From Longimicrobiales bacterium (GTDB lineage Bacteria; Gemmatimonadota; Gemmatimonadetes; Longimicrobiales; Gaopeijiaceae), in assembly GCA_965198065.1 (NCBI GenBank), contig CBDAON010000004.1, forward strand, positions 96,001 to 160,000: DNA of 64,000 bases. The letters run 5' to 3'. The notes below the pieces were generated by a model. The model was not told where the DNA came from. It saw nothing but the letters and a program-made list of their open reading frames with translations, and did no database searches. Below, piece by piece: positions 1 to 9,233 of the stretch. Numbering within the stretch: the first letter of the stretch is position 1; each line of letters starts with the position of its first letter. The position numbers were made by a program, and so were the translations under genes.

Positions 1-124
1 TAGAACCGAGAAGCGCTCGCCGAGGGCAATGGCAGCACCACTTCCGCGGAAAGCTCACGTCACCCGCGCGTCCAGCGCCCGACGGATACTGCCGGTTCAT
101 CGCTTACAGTCCACCAGGGACTCG

Positions 125-685
125 ATGGGGAAGGGGAAGAGCATCGTGTCGGCGGGCCTCGTCACCGGGGTCATCGTCCTGGACATCGTCACGAAGTCCT
201 GGGCGCTGTCGGCGCTCGGCGGGGGACGCACGATCGAGTTGGTCGGGGGGTGGGTCCCGCTCACGCTAGCCTTCAACCGTGGCGCCGCGTTTGGCCTCAG
301 CATCGGGTCCGACCCGCGCTGGATCTTCATCCCGATCACGCTCGTCGCAGTAGCGTTCCTGCTGCTCCTGATCCGCCAGGCGGGAGCTGACGAGCGCCTT
401 CGGGTCGCTTCGGCGTCCCTCATCCTGGGTGGCGCGATCGGGAATCTCTACGACCGCCTGCGCTGGGATGGCGGCGTCGTGGACTTCATCGGCCCGATCG
501 ATCTCGGCTTCATGCTCTGGCCGATCTTCAACGCCGCGGACTCCGCGATCACGTGCGGAGCTATTCTGCTGGCCCTGAGCTTCTGGCTAGAGGACTCGGG
601 GCCGGAATCCGACGCGGAACCCGGCCGGAAGGGGGGAGATCCGGGGTCTGCCGCCGGAGCGACCAGGGCGGATCAGCCCGGGTAG
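125..685 (+). CDS. lspA: Lipoprotein signal peptidase II
   Basis: Motifs FNRGAAFG, GAIGNLYDR, VVDFI and FNAADSAI; ATG at 125 chosen within ORF 29..685. Confidence 0.95.
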   Translation: MGKGKSIVSAGLVTGVIVLDIVTKSWALSALGGGRTIELVGGWVPLTLAFNRGAAFGLSIGSDPRWIFIPITLVAVAFLLLLIRQAGADERLRVASASLILGGAIGNLYDRLRWDGGVVDFIGPIDLGFMLWPIFNAADSAITCGAILLALSFWLEDSGPESDAEPGRKGGDPGSAAGATRADQPG

Positions 686-1917
686 CCGTCTTCCGAGACC
701 TTCGCGAGATACCGCAGGTACTCGATCCTACGGCCCCGCATCTTCACGACACGCAGGCGGCCCTCGGCCACCGGGACCTCGTCGCTGACCTGGGGCACCC
801 GGTTCAACGAGCCGAACACGTAACCTCCCACCGTGTCGAACGAATCCTCCGGAAGGTCCAGCCCGAGACGCTCGTTCACGTCCCGGAGCGAGACCCCACC
901 CCAGATCCGCGTCACCCCGTCCCCCACGTCCTGGAAGGGCACCGGCTCGTCCGCCTCGTGCTCGTCTTGGATCTCCCCGACGATCTCCTCGATCAGATCC
1001 TCCAGGGTAACGATCCCGGCCGTGCCGCCGAACTCGTCCACGACGATCACCATGTTGGTGCGACGATGTCTCATCTCCAGGATCAGGTCCTCCACGGGCT
1101 TGCTGGCGGGGGCGTACGTCGGGGCCCGTAGGATCCCCCGAATCTCGCGGATGCCCTCTCGGTCCGCCTGCCACAGATCCCTGGCCAGGAGGATGCCGAC
1201 CACGCGGTCCAACGTCCCCTCGTAGACCGGAACGCGGAGATGCCCCTCGTCCAGCATCGCGGCCTTCGCACGCTCGACGCTCGACTCCACGGGAACCGCA
1301 GCCACATCCGTTCGGGGCGTCATCACTTCGCCGAGCGTGACCTGGTCCAGGTTCATCACGTTCGTGACGACCCGCCACTCCTCCTCGTCGATCGTGCCCT
1401 CCCGGCGTCCGATCTCAGCCAGGATCGCCAGCTCGGCCCGGCTGACGGTGGATTGGCGGGCCCGCCGCCGGCTGAACGTGCGTGATAAGAGTGTAAGGGG
1501 GACCACGACCGGCTTCATGGTCCAGATCATCCCCTGCAGCACGTAGCTCGACGGCGCTGCCAGCGCCTTCCAGTACGTGGCGCCGAGGGTCTTCGGGATG
1601 ATCTCGGAGAAGACGAGGATCGCGAAGGTGAGCGCAACCGAGAACACCATGATCCACTGGTTCCCGAACAGCTCCAGAGCGAGAGCGCCTCCCATGGCGG
1701 CCCCGACGGTATGGGCAATCGTGTTCAGCGTGAGGATTGCGGAGATCGGCTCGTCGATCCTCCCCTGCATTCGGTGGAGGAACTCCCCCGAGCGCCGGCC
1801 GCTCTCGCGCAGGAGGGCGACGAACGAGCGGTTTACGGAGAGAAGGACCGCCTCCAAGACCGAGCAGAGGAAGGAGACGCCGAGCGAGAGCCCGAGGACC
1901 CAGAGGAGCTGTGTCAT
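673..1917 (-). CDS. Hemolysin/CNNM family protein (DUF21 + CBS pair + CorC domain)
   Basis: SEIIPKT, VMTPR, VVDEFGGTAGIVTLEDLIEEIVGEI motifs; N-terminal TM helices. Confidence 0.92.
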   Translation of the reverse strand: MTQLLWVLGLSLGVSFLCSVLEAVLLSVNRSFVALLRESGRRSGEFLHRMQGRIDEPISAILTLNTIAHTVGAAMGGALALELFGNQWIMVFSVALTFAILVFSEIIPKTLGATYWKALAAPSSYVLQGMIWTMKPVVVPLTLLSRTFSRRRARQSTVSRAELAILAEIGRREGTIDEEEWRVVTNVMNLDQVTLGEVMTPRTDVAAVPVESSVERAKAAMLDEGHLRVPVYEGTLDRVVGILLARDLWQADREGIREIRGILRAPTYAPASKPVEDLILEMRHRRTNMVIVVDEFGGTAGIVTLEDLIEEIVGEIQDEHEADEPVPFQDVGDGVTRIWGGVSLRDVNERLGLDLPEDSFDTVGGYVFGSLNRVPQVSDEVPVAEGRLRVVKMRGRRIEYLRYLAKVSEDGYPG

Positions 1918-2030
1918 CCCACCGGATTATCGAGCGCCCCCGGGGGGTGGGACAAGGTGGAGCCAGAAGTCGGCACCGGAGGGCGCGCGAGCCCCCGACC
2001 GGCGGCGGGTACGCCCCGCGCCGACCCGGA

Positions 2031-2456
2031 TCAGGCCAGCGACGCCTCCAGATGGATCGGGACCGCGGACAGGGCTTGGGATACCGGACACCCCCGCTGG
2101 GACTCGGCGGCCAGCTCTTGGAACTGGCCCGCCTCGATGCCGGGAACGCGAGCCTCCGTCACGAGATCGACTCGGGTGATCGAGAAGCCAGCCTCACCCT
2201 TTTCGATGTGCACACGAGCTTCGGTCTTCACCGACTGAGGCACATGACCGGCGTTGGCGAGGCCGGCCGAAAGGTGCATCGAGAAGCACGCCGCATGCGC
2301 GGCGCCAATCAGCTCCTCCGGGTTCGTTCCGGTACCCGACTCGAATCTCGACGAGAACGAGTACGCGCCCTCGACCGCCCCGGTCTCCGAGCGGACAGTT
2401 CCGCTACCATCGACCAGTGCACCCTTCCACTCCGCGGATCCCTTACGAATCGGCAT
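2031..2456 (-). CDS. osmC: OsmC family peroxiredoxin
   Basis: GTNPEELIGAAHAACF and CPVSQAL; start MPIRKGSAEW at 2456. Confidence 0.93.
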   Translation of the reverse strand: MPIRKGSAEWKGALVDGSGTVRSETGAVEGAYSFSSRFESGTGTNPEELIGAAHAACFSMHLSAGLANAGHVPQSVKTEARVHIEKGEAGFSITRVDLVTEARVPGIEAGQFQELAAESQRGCPVSQALSAVPIHLEASLA

Positions 2457-2674
2457 GCGGCCTCCTGTAGCTTCGTGCGTGAGCGCTAGGGCTCGGGCCA
2501 CGCCGTACCCGGGCACCGGAGGTTCGGTCCCGATTCCGAAGAAGGGAGCCCCCGGGCACCGGCCCGGAGCCCGGCCCTCTGCTGGCGCCTGGGTGCCGCC
2601 TTCCCGAAATTCCGGCAGCCGGACGTCGGGCCCTCCCCCAGGAGTGCCTACCCAGACCCTCCGAAGGAGACCGG

Positions 2675-4569
2675 ATGGCGGAGAAGGTTCGCCGGGGAGT
2701 CGACGCGCACCCGGAGCACGCGACGAAGGATCTCCACGCGGTCTTCGACCGCACGGTGACCCAGGCGATCCCACCCGTGCTCCTCACGCTCTTCGGAGTC
2801 TACGCGATCCTCGGCGTGACGCGCCTCTTCCTGCTCTCGCCGGATTACGCGCGAGTCCTGTCCGCGACCGCGGCCCTCACGGCGATCTTCTTCCTTGCCG
2901 CGCTTCTGGCCCTCAGGCGCTGGGGGTTCCCCGAGGGCTTCGGTCACGCTGCGGGTGCTGTCATCGCAGCGGCAGCGCTCGCGAACACGCTCGTCCACCT
3001 CCAGCTCACCGGCGAGGCACGTCAGACGACCACCATCCTCCTCGTCGTCCTAGGGGCGGGGCTCATCTTCGTCGAGTGGAGCTGGTTCGCTGTCGTGGCC
3101 ACCCTGAGCTTTACGGGCTGGCTCATGGTCGTGCGGGCTCATCTCCCGGACCCCGAGTGGGTTCACTTCGGCCTCCTGCTCTTTCTCGGTACCGTGCTCG
3201 CCGCCGTGGTGCTCGGGACTCGGGCCCGAAATCTCTTGGGAGTCGAAGGGTTGCGGCTGGGCGAGCGGGTGAGGCAGATCGAGCTCGAGAGCGCCCTGAA
3301 TCAGACGGAGCGCGCGCGCCGAGGGGAGCAGGAGGCCCGCAAGGCCCTGGAGAGCGCGATCGTGCAGGTGAAGGAGAGTGAGCAACGCTTCCGGGGCCTC
3401 GCCGATGCCACGTTCGAGGGCGTAGTGATCTTCAGGAACGACTACATCGTGGACGCCAACTCTAGGGCCGCAGAGATGTTCGGGGTCGCGGTGCCTCAAC
3501 TGTTGGGAGAGCCGGTCCTGAACCTGCTTGCTTTGGACGGCTCCAAGGAGGTAGCGGCCCGAATGCTGAAAGGCCTGGAATCGCACGGTCCGGCCGGCGT
3601 GGGGCACGAGCTCGAGGGGCGGAAGTATGACGGGGGCCTGTTCCCGATCACCGTCTCCGTAGTTGAGACAGTACATCAGGGAAAGCCAGCCAAGGTGTTG
3701 GTGATACGTGATATCACGGATTACAAGCGTGTGGAGCAGGTGCTTCGCCACGCGCTCGATGAGGCCGAAGCCAGCTCGCGCGCCAAGAGCACGTTTCTGG
3801 CGAACATGAGCCACGAGCTCAGGACGCCGCTGAACTCGGTGATCGGCTTCGCGAACATCCTAATGAAGAAGGTGGGCCCCGAGCTGCCGGCCCGCGAGAC
3901 GGACTACCTGAAACGGATTCTCTCGAACGGGGAGCACCTCCTCTCCCTCATCGACGACATCCTGGACCTCTCGAAGATCGATGCGCAGCGCATGGACATC
4001 CTTCGGGAGCCGCTACAGCTAGACGAGCTCGTGGGCGAGGTCGTCCGCACGCTTGACGTCGAGGCGCGAGAGCGCGGCCTAGAGCTCCGGGGCGAGGTTC
4101 CGGGCGCGCTCCGGCCGCTGGTTGCCGACCCGCGAAGGGTGCGCCAGGTTCTCCTGAACCTGGCCAGTAACGCCGTGAAGTTCACACCGTCGGGCTCCGT
4201 CACGATCCACGTCGTGGCCGAGGATGGCTCGGATCGGCCCAGCCGGATCGAGGTCGTGGACACGGGAATTGGCATTCCTGCCACGCGTCTGAAGGAGATC
4301 TTCAGCCCCTTCCACCAGGTCGATTCGTCGAGCACCCGGAGCTTCGGGGGCACCGGGCTGGGTCTCGCGATCTCGCGGTCCCTCTGCGAGCTGATGGGAT
4401 TCCGTCTGAACGCGACCAGCCAGGAGGGGAAGGCTCGACCTTCGTGATCGAGCTCGACCCGGCGCGAACCCAGCCGAGCGCCGAGCTACCGCCCGCGCTG
4501 AACGCAGGGTCCACCTCGCAGGGTAAGCCGGCGGGCAGGGCCGGCTCGGCGGCGGAGGGGCTGGCGTAA
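2675..4569 (+). CDS. Membrane PAS sensor histidine kinase (1-nt deletion near the 3' end)
   Basis: TM N-terminus, PAS, H-box MSHELRTPL, N/G1/F/G2 boxes. ORF stops at 4447; adding one G at ~4432 gives the canonical GKGSTFVIEL and a TAA at 4567-4569. Confidence 0.88.
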
Positions 4570-4788
4570 CTGGGGGCCGCGGCGCGCTTGAGCCGGCGAG
4601 CGGCATCGAGTGCGGGGGTCTCCTCGGTCGTTGGCCCGAGTCGTGGTACCCTACGACTGCCCTCGCCCGATTCGGGTTGCATCGACAGGGGCTTTTGTAG
4701 AAACTTTTCCAGTTACCGCGCGTCGGATCCTCGAGCCAGGCTCCCCACCCCGACCGGCCACCGCCGGTGAGACGAGCGCCTCCAGATC

Positions 4789-5604
4789 GTGTCGAATTCC
4801 CCCTCGCGTAGCGTCCTGCACACGGGCGTGGTGATTCAGCCGATCCGCGCGATCGGAAGGGTCTCGATCGGCGTGGCCGAGCACTCTGGGCAGATGGCGC
4901 TCCTCCTGGCCCGGTCGGTCCGCGCCGTGGCCACGTTCCAGGTGTCCCTCAAGTCGGTCCTCCAGCAGGTGTACGTGATGGGGGTCCAGAGCGTCCCCAT
5001 CGTGCTAGTGACGGCAGTCCTCGCGGGGATCGTGACCAGCCAGCAGGGAGGATACCAGTTCCAGGGCTCGATCCCCCTTTACATCCTCGGGAGCATCGTG
5101 GTGGCGAGCGTCGTGCTGGAGCTGGGACCCGTGCTCACCGCCATCGTTCTGGTCGGGCGGGTCGGAGCCCGGATCACGGCGGAGCTCGGGACGATGAGGG
5201 TCTCCGAGCAGATCGAGGCGTTCGAGGCCGTGGGCAGGGACCCCATCGCGATCATCGCGGCTCCCCGGATCCTGGCGGGAATCATCATCGTCCCGCTGCT
5301 CGTGGGGATCGCCGATGTCGTAGGGATCGCGTCGGGCATGGTCTCCGCCCGAATCACGATCGGTCTGGGTTACGAGTCGTTTCTCTATGGGGCCCGGCTG
5401 TTCTGGCACAACTGGGACCTCTTCTACTCGTTCGTGAAGGCGGCCACGTTCGGGTTCGCGATTCCGGTGATCGCGATCCACATGGGGTTTCGAACGGGCG
5501 GAGGGGCGGCCGGGGTGGGCCGGACGACCACGGCTTCCGTGATGTTCATGACCCTGACGGTGCTCATCCTCGACGCCCTCTTCCCCCCGCTTTTTCTCCA
5601 GTGA
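4789..5604 (+). CDS. mlaE: MlaE family ABC permease
   Basis: ELGPVLTA, AELGTMRVSEQIEA, GGAAGVGRTTT; start uncertain. Confidence 0.92.
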   Translation: MSNSPSRSVLHTGVVIQPIRAIGRVSIGVAEHSGQMALLLARSVRAVATFQVSLKSVLQQVYVMGVQSVPIVLVTAVLAGIVTSQQGGYQFQGSIPLYILGSIVVASVVLELGPVLTAIVLVGRVGARITAELGTMRVSEQIEAFEAVGRDPIAIIAAPRILAGIIIVPLLVGIADVVGIASGMVSARITIGLGYESFLYGARLFWHNWDLFYSFVKAATFGFAIPVIAIHMGFRTGGGAAGVGRTTTASVMFMTLTVLILDALFPPLFLQ

Positions 5605-6368
5605 TGATTCACTATCAGGACGTCTGGAAGGCGTTCGACGCGCCCGTCCTGGAGGGGGTGAACCTGATGGTGCGGGAGGGGGAGACGTTCGGGATCTTCG
5701 GCCCGTCGGGAGCGGGAAAGAGCGTGCTCCTGAAAAGCACCATCGGGCTCATCCCTCTGGACCGCGGCGATGTCCAGGTGGCTGGGGAATCCGCGTACCG
5801 CGGTGGGTCCCGGGCGCTCGCGCGGATCCGCAAAGAGGTGGGTTACGTGTTCCAGCACGCCGCGCTTTTCGACTCCCTCTCCGTCTACGAGAATGTGGAG
5901 ATGGGGATCCCGGAGGACGAGCTCAAACGAATGCGGAGACCGGAGGCTAGCCGCCGGATCTGGGAAGCCCTGGAGCTGGCGAACCTGGAGCCGCGAGAGG
6001 TCTTGGAGAAGCTCCCCGCGGAGCTGTCTGGGGGGATGAAGAAGCGGGCGGGGATTGCCCGGGCCATCGTCGGGCGACCTTGTATCTTGCTTTGGGACGA
6101 GCCCACGACCGGGCTCGACCCCGTGAATACTGCGGCGGTGGAGCGTCTGATCGCGCGTCTGACCGAGCAGCTCGAGGTGACGTCTGTGATGGTGACTCAC
6201 GACATCGAAGGGGGCCTGGAGATGTGCGACCGGGTCACCATGCTCGAGGGAGGGACGCTCCGCTTCGTGGGCACGCCCAACGAGTTCCGGGCCTGCGGTG
6301 ACGGCATCGTAAGGGCGTTCCTCGATCGTGCCGCGGCGGTCGCCGCGCTGAACGGGGAGGTGTACTAG
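5601..6368 (+). CDS. mlaF: MlaF family ABC ATPase
   Basis: Walker A GPSGAGKS, LSGGMKKR, DEPTTGLDP; lies between mlaE and mlaD. Confidence 0.92.
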   Translation: MMIHYQDVWKAFDAPVLEGVNLMVREGETFGIFGPSGAGKSVLLKSTIGLIPLDRGDVQVAGESAYRGGSRALARIRKEVGYVFQHAALFDSLSVYENVEMGIPEDELKRMRRPEASRRIWEALELANLEPREVLEKLPAELSGGMKKRAGIARAIVGRPCILLWDEPTTGLDPVNTAAVERLIARLTEQLEVTSVMVTHDIEGGLEMCDRVTMLEGGTLRFVGTPNEFRACGDGIVRAFLDRAAAVAALNGEVY

Positions 6369-6371
6369 CCG

Positions 6372-7322
6372 ATGGCCCGGCCGGGAGAGACCGGGGAGCG
6401 TCGGGGTGGGGTCTCGGACGAGGAGATCCGCCTCCGCGCCCCACCCGTTGCGGGAGGGCGGGAGGTGAGGGTCGGGGTCTTCGTCCTCCTGGGCATCGCC
6501 TCCTTCCTCGCCGTCCTGTTCCTCCTCACCGATCCCGCCACCTTCCGGGGGCGATACATGGTGGCCACGGACGTCACGGATGCCGGCGGGATCCGGCGGG
6601 GCGACGCGGTCCAGATGAGGGGGGTGAACATCGGACGCGTCGACGACTTCGAGCTGGTCGGGGACGGGGTGCGGATCACGCTAGAGATCGAGGGCGAGTG
6701 GTCGGTCCCCTCGGACTCCCGGACCCGCCTCGCGGGAATCGACCTCCTGGGCGGCCGGACGGTCGAGGTGATCCCCGGGATGTCACGCGAGGCCCTGGCG
6801 GAGGGAGCGGTGATGCCCGGCGTGGCGGTGGATGGCGTGCTGGACCTGGCGTACGAGCTCGGAGCGGAGGCCCGGCAGACGCTGGACCGTGTCCGGGGGC
6901 TTCTGGACGAGGACGCGATCGCCTCGCTCCACGGGTCGCTCGCCGACCTAGGGGAGCTCATGAGCTCGATGTCCGCCCTCGTCTCCGAGCAGCGGGACGA
7001 GGTCGCCGCCCTCTCGTCCTCGCTCGTTCGGTCCGCCGAGCGCGTCGAGAACTTCACGGGAAGCGAAGGGCTCGAGCGGGGCCTCGCCCGGGCGGATTCG
7101 ACGCTCGCGGAGCTCCGGGGCGCCGGGGAGAGCCTCGCGCGCGCGACCGATTCGTTCGAAGCCGTGGTGGGGCGGATCGGCCGCGGGGAAGGCACGCTCG
7201 GGAGGCTCGCAACGGAGGAAACCCTGTACCAGAACCTGAACGCGGCCCTGGAGGAGATCCTGTTCCTGGCGAGGGATGTGAGGGAGAACCCCGACCGGTA
7301 CGTCCGGGTCGAGATATTCTAG
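6372..7322 (+). CDS. mlaD: MlaD/MCE family protein
   Basis: Single TM anchor, MCE motif GDAVQMRGVNIGRV, helical tail. Confidence 0.9.
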   Translation: MARPGETGERRGGVSDEEIRLRAPPVAGGREVRVGVFVLLGIASFLAVLFLLTDPATFRGRYMVATDVTDAGGIRRGDAVQMRGVNIGRVDDFELVGDGVRITLEIEGEWSVPSDSRTRLAGIDLLGGRTVEVIPGMSREALAEGAVMPGVAVDGVLDLAYELGAEARQTLDRVRGLLDEDAIASLHGSLADLGELMSSMSALVSEQRDEVAALSSSLVRSAERVENFTGSEGLERGLARADSTLAELRGAGESLARATDSFEAVVGRIGRGEGTLGRLATEETLYQNLNAALEEILFLARDVRENPDRYVRVEIF

Positions 7323-7331
7323 TCCCCACCG

Positions 7332-8151
7332 TCACCCGAAGAGGCACCCCCAAAAGAGGGGCGTGAGCAACGTGCGCCCGGTTCGAGCCCGGCGGACAGT
7401 CCAGCCGTCCGTGTAGACCCTCACCTGGCCGGGATAGACCCCGCCGTAAACCTCGACGGACGCCACGGACTGGACCGGGATCCCATCGAGCTCACTGTAA
7501 GAGAAGTAGGACGTCCGCTCGTCCACGCAAACGGTGACACGGCGCTCTGAGGCCGTCCTCCTGAAGGAAGAACGGGAGCGCACCGGCACACAGAGCTCGA
7601 GCGGCCCCCCCCCAACAGGGCCTGATCATGGGGAACCTCGTGCGAAGGGGGTCGAGCACGCTCCCGAAGGCGAAACTCTCCAGAGCGACTGGGCCCAAGG
7701 CGCTCATGGGTCCCGGAAACGCGTTCCGCCTGTCCTCGATGCGTTTCTCGAGCACTTCTATCCGCTCGACGAGCACCGCAGCGTCCGGCTCATTCACGAC
7801 GAGAGCCTCGATTCCCGCGAGCGGGATCGGATCGGGCTCCAGGAGCAGGACCGAGGTCCTGGTAGGCGCGGCATCGTCGAGATCGAAACGTTCCGGCAGG
7901 TAGCCGAGGCGCCGGGCGTAAATCGTGACGGGCGCCCCGGGCTCGAGCGGGAGAGCGAACGCACCGAGGGAATCCGTCACGACCACCCTGGAGGAGTCGG
8001 CAGTGAAGACCTGGACTCCGACGATCGGGTTCCGCGAGACCGCGTCCTCGACGCGGCCGCGAAGGACGACGGGCACCTGGGCGCTAACGGCGGAGGCCAG
8101 CAGCAGGTACGCCGAGGCCCCCAGCAGCGCCCATCCGGATCGCGCTCGCAT
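7332..8151 (-). CDS. Secreted carboxypeptidase-regulatory-like domain protein (frameshift at poly-G ~7605-7613)
   Basis: Signal peptide, GRVEDA...TDSLGAF...RRLGY; the C-terminal part (VCVDE...VEVY...VRVYT) continues in ORF 7332..7589 and parallels the neighbouring gene. Confidence 0.65.
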
Positions 8152-9140
8152 CACCGGCACAATGGGATGACGACGCTTCTCGGGGGAGCAAAGAAGATCG
8201 GCTCGCGCAGCTCCGTGTTCCGAGCAATCATCTCCTGCATGAATTCCCGGGTGTAGATGCGGAGCATGGCTCCCCTGAACAGGAACTCGATTCTCTCGAT
8301 CTCTTCCGGCAAAAGGTAGAAAAGCGTGGAGGGCTCCCACACCCCGATCTGCTGCTGCTCGTCGATGATCACGCACCTCACCCGCTCCAGGTAGAAGCGG
8401 TACTCACCCTCGAGCACCGCGCGGAGCGTGTGCGTCCCCGCGAACCGGAGCAGACGCTGGCGGTTCATGGGCCGCATCACCACGGATCGACGGGCGGCCG
8501 CCCGCTCCTCGATCCGCTCGACCTGCTCGTCGATCATGGCCTCCACCACTGGGTCTGCCTCGAGCTCGAAGGCGTAGCTCTCGTTCTCGGTGGGCACGAT
8601 AATCGAGTCGAGCGGAAGATATCCAAACGCTCGGACGCTCACCTGGAGCCGGACGCCTTCCAGGACCCGCTCCAGCCGGAAGCGGCCCCGACGGTCGGTG
8701 CTCGCCGCCACGCCCTGGTTGGTGAGGACTTCCGCGTCCACGAGACGGATATCCATCTCGGGGTCCCGGACCCCGCCCTCGATGTCGATGGCACGGGCGC
8801 CGATGAGGAGGGAGTCTAGGAGCACGGGTGCGACCTCGAGCGGGACGCTCACGGTCGTGTCGCTTTCGACGGGAAGGAACCGGCTCTCGGAGGCATACCC
8901 GAAAGTCACGACCCGGAACGTATACCGGCCCGGCATCACCCCGTCGAACCGGAAGCTCCCGTCGGCTGAAGTGAGCGTGGATCCGTGACCCACGAGCTCG
9001 ACCCTCGCGGTCGGAATACCGGTCGTCCCGCCCTCCTCGAACACCCGGCCTTCCACTACCACTCCGGTCTGCGCCAGCGCGGCGATGGGGATGGCCACGA
9101 GGGCCAGGAGCGCGAAGGAGACTCGGTGAAGCGATCTCAA
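8151..9140 (-). CDS. Secreted protein with two carboxypeptidase-regulatory-like domains
   Basis: Signal peptide; repeated T.adG.FR....vpGrY.....fGY pattern; C-terminal EIERIEF...LRIYT. Confidence 0.75.
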   Translation of the reverse strand: MRSLHRVSFALLALVAIPIAALAQTGVVVEGRVFEEGGTTGIPTARVELVGHGSTLTSADGSFRFDGVMPGRYTFRVVTFGYASESRFLPVESDTTVSVPLEVAPVLLDSLLIGARAIDIEGGVRDPEMDIRLVDAEVLTNQGVAASTDRRGRFRLERVLEGVRLQVSVRAFGYLPLDSIIVPTENESYAFELEADPVVEAMIDEQVERIEERAAARRSVVMRPMNRQRLLRFAGTHTLRAVLEGEYRFYLERVRCVIIDEQQQIGVWEPSTLFYLLPEEIERIEFLFRGAMLRIYTREFMQEMIARNTELREPIFFAPPRSVVIPLCR

Positions 9141-9233
9141 GGAGCGACTCGACCGACGTTTGTCCGTCCCTCCGCTACCCCGTGCTGCGGAAAGAACGAT
9201 GGACCCTTGCTTCGGCCTTCCGTCGGGACCGGC

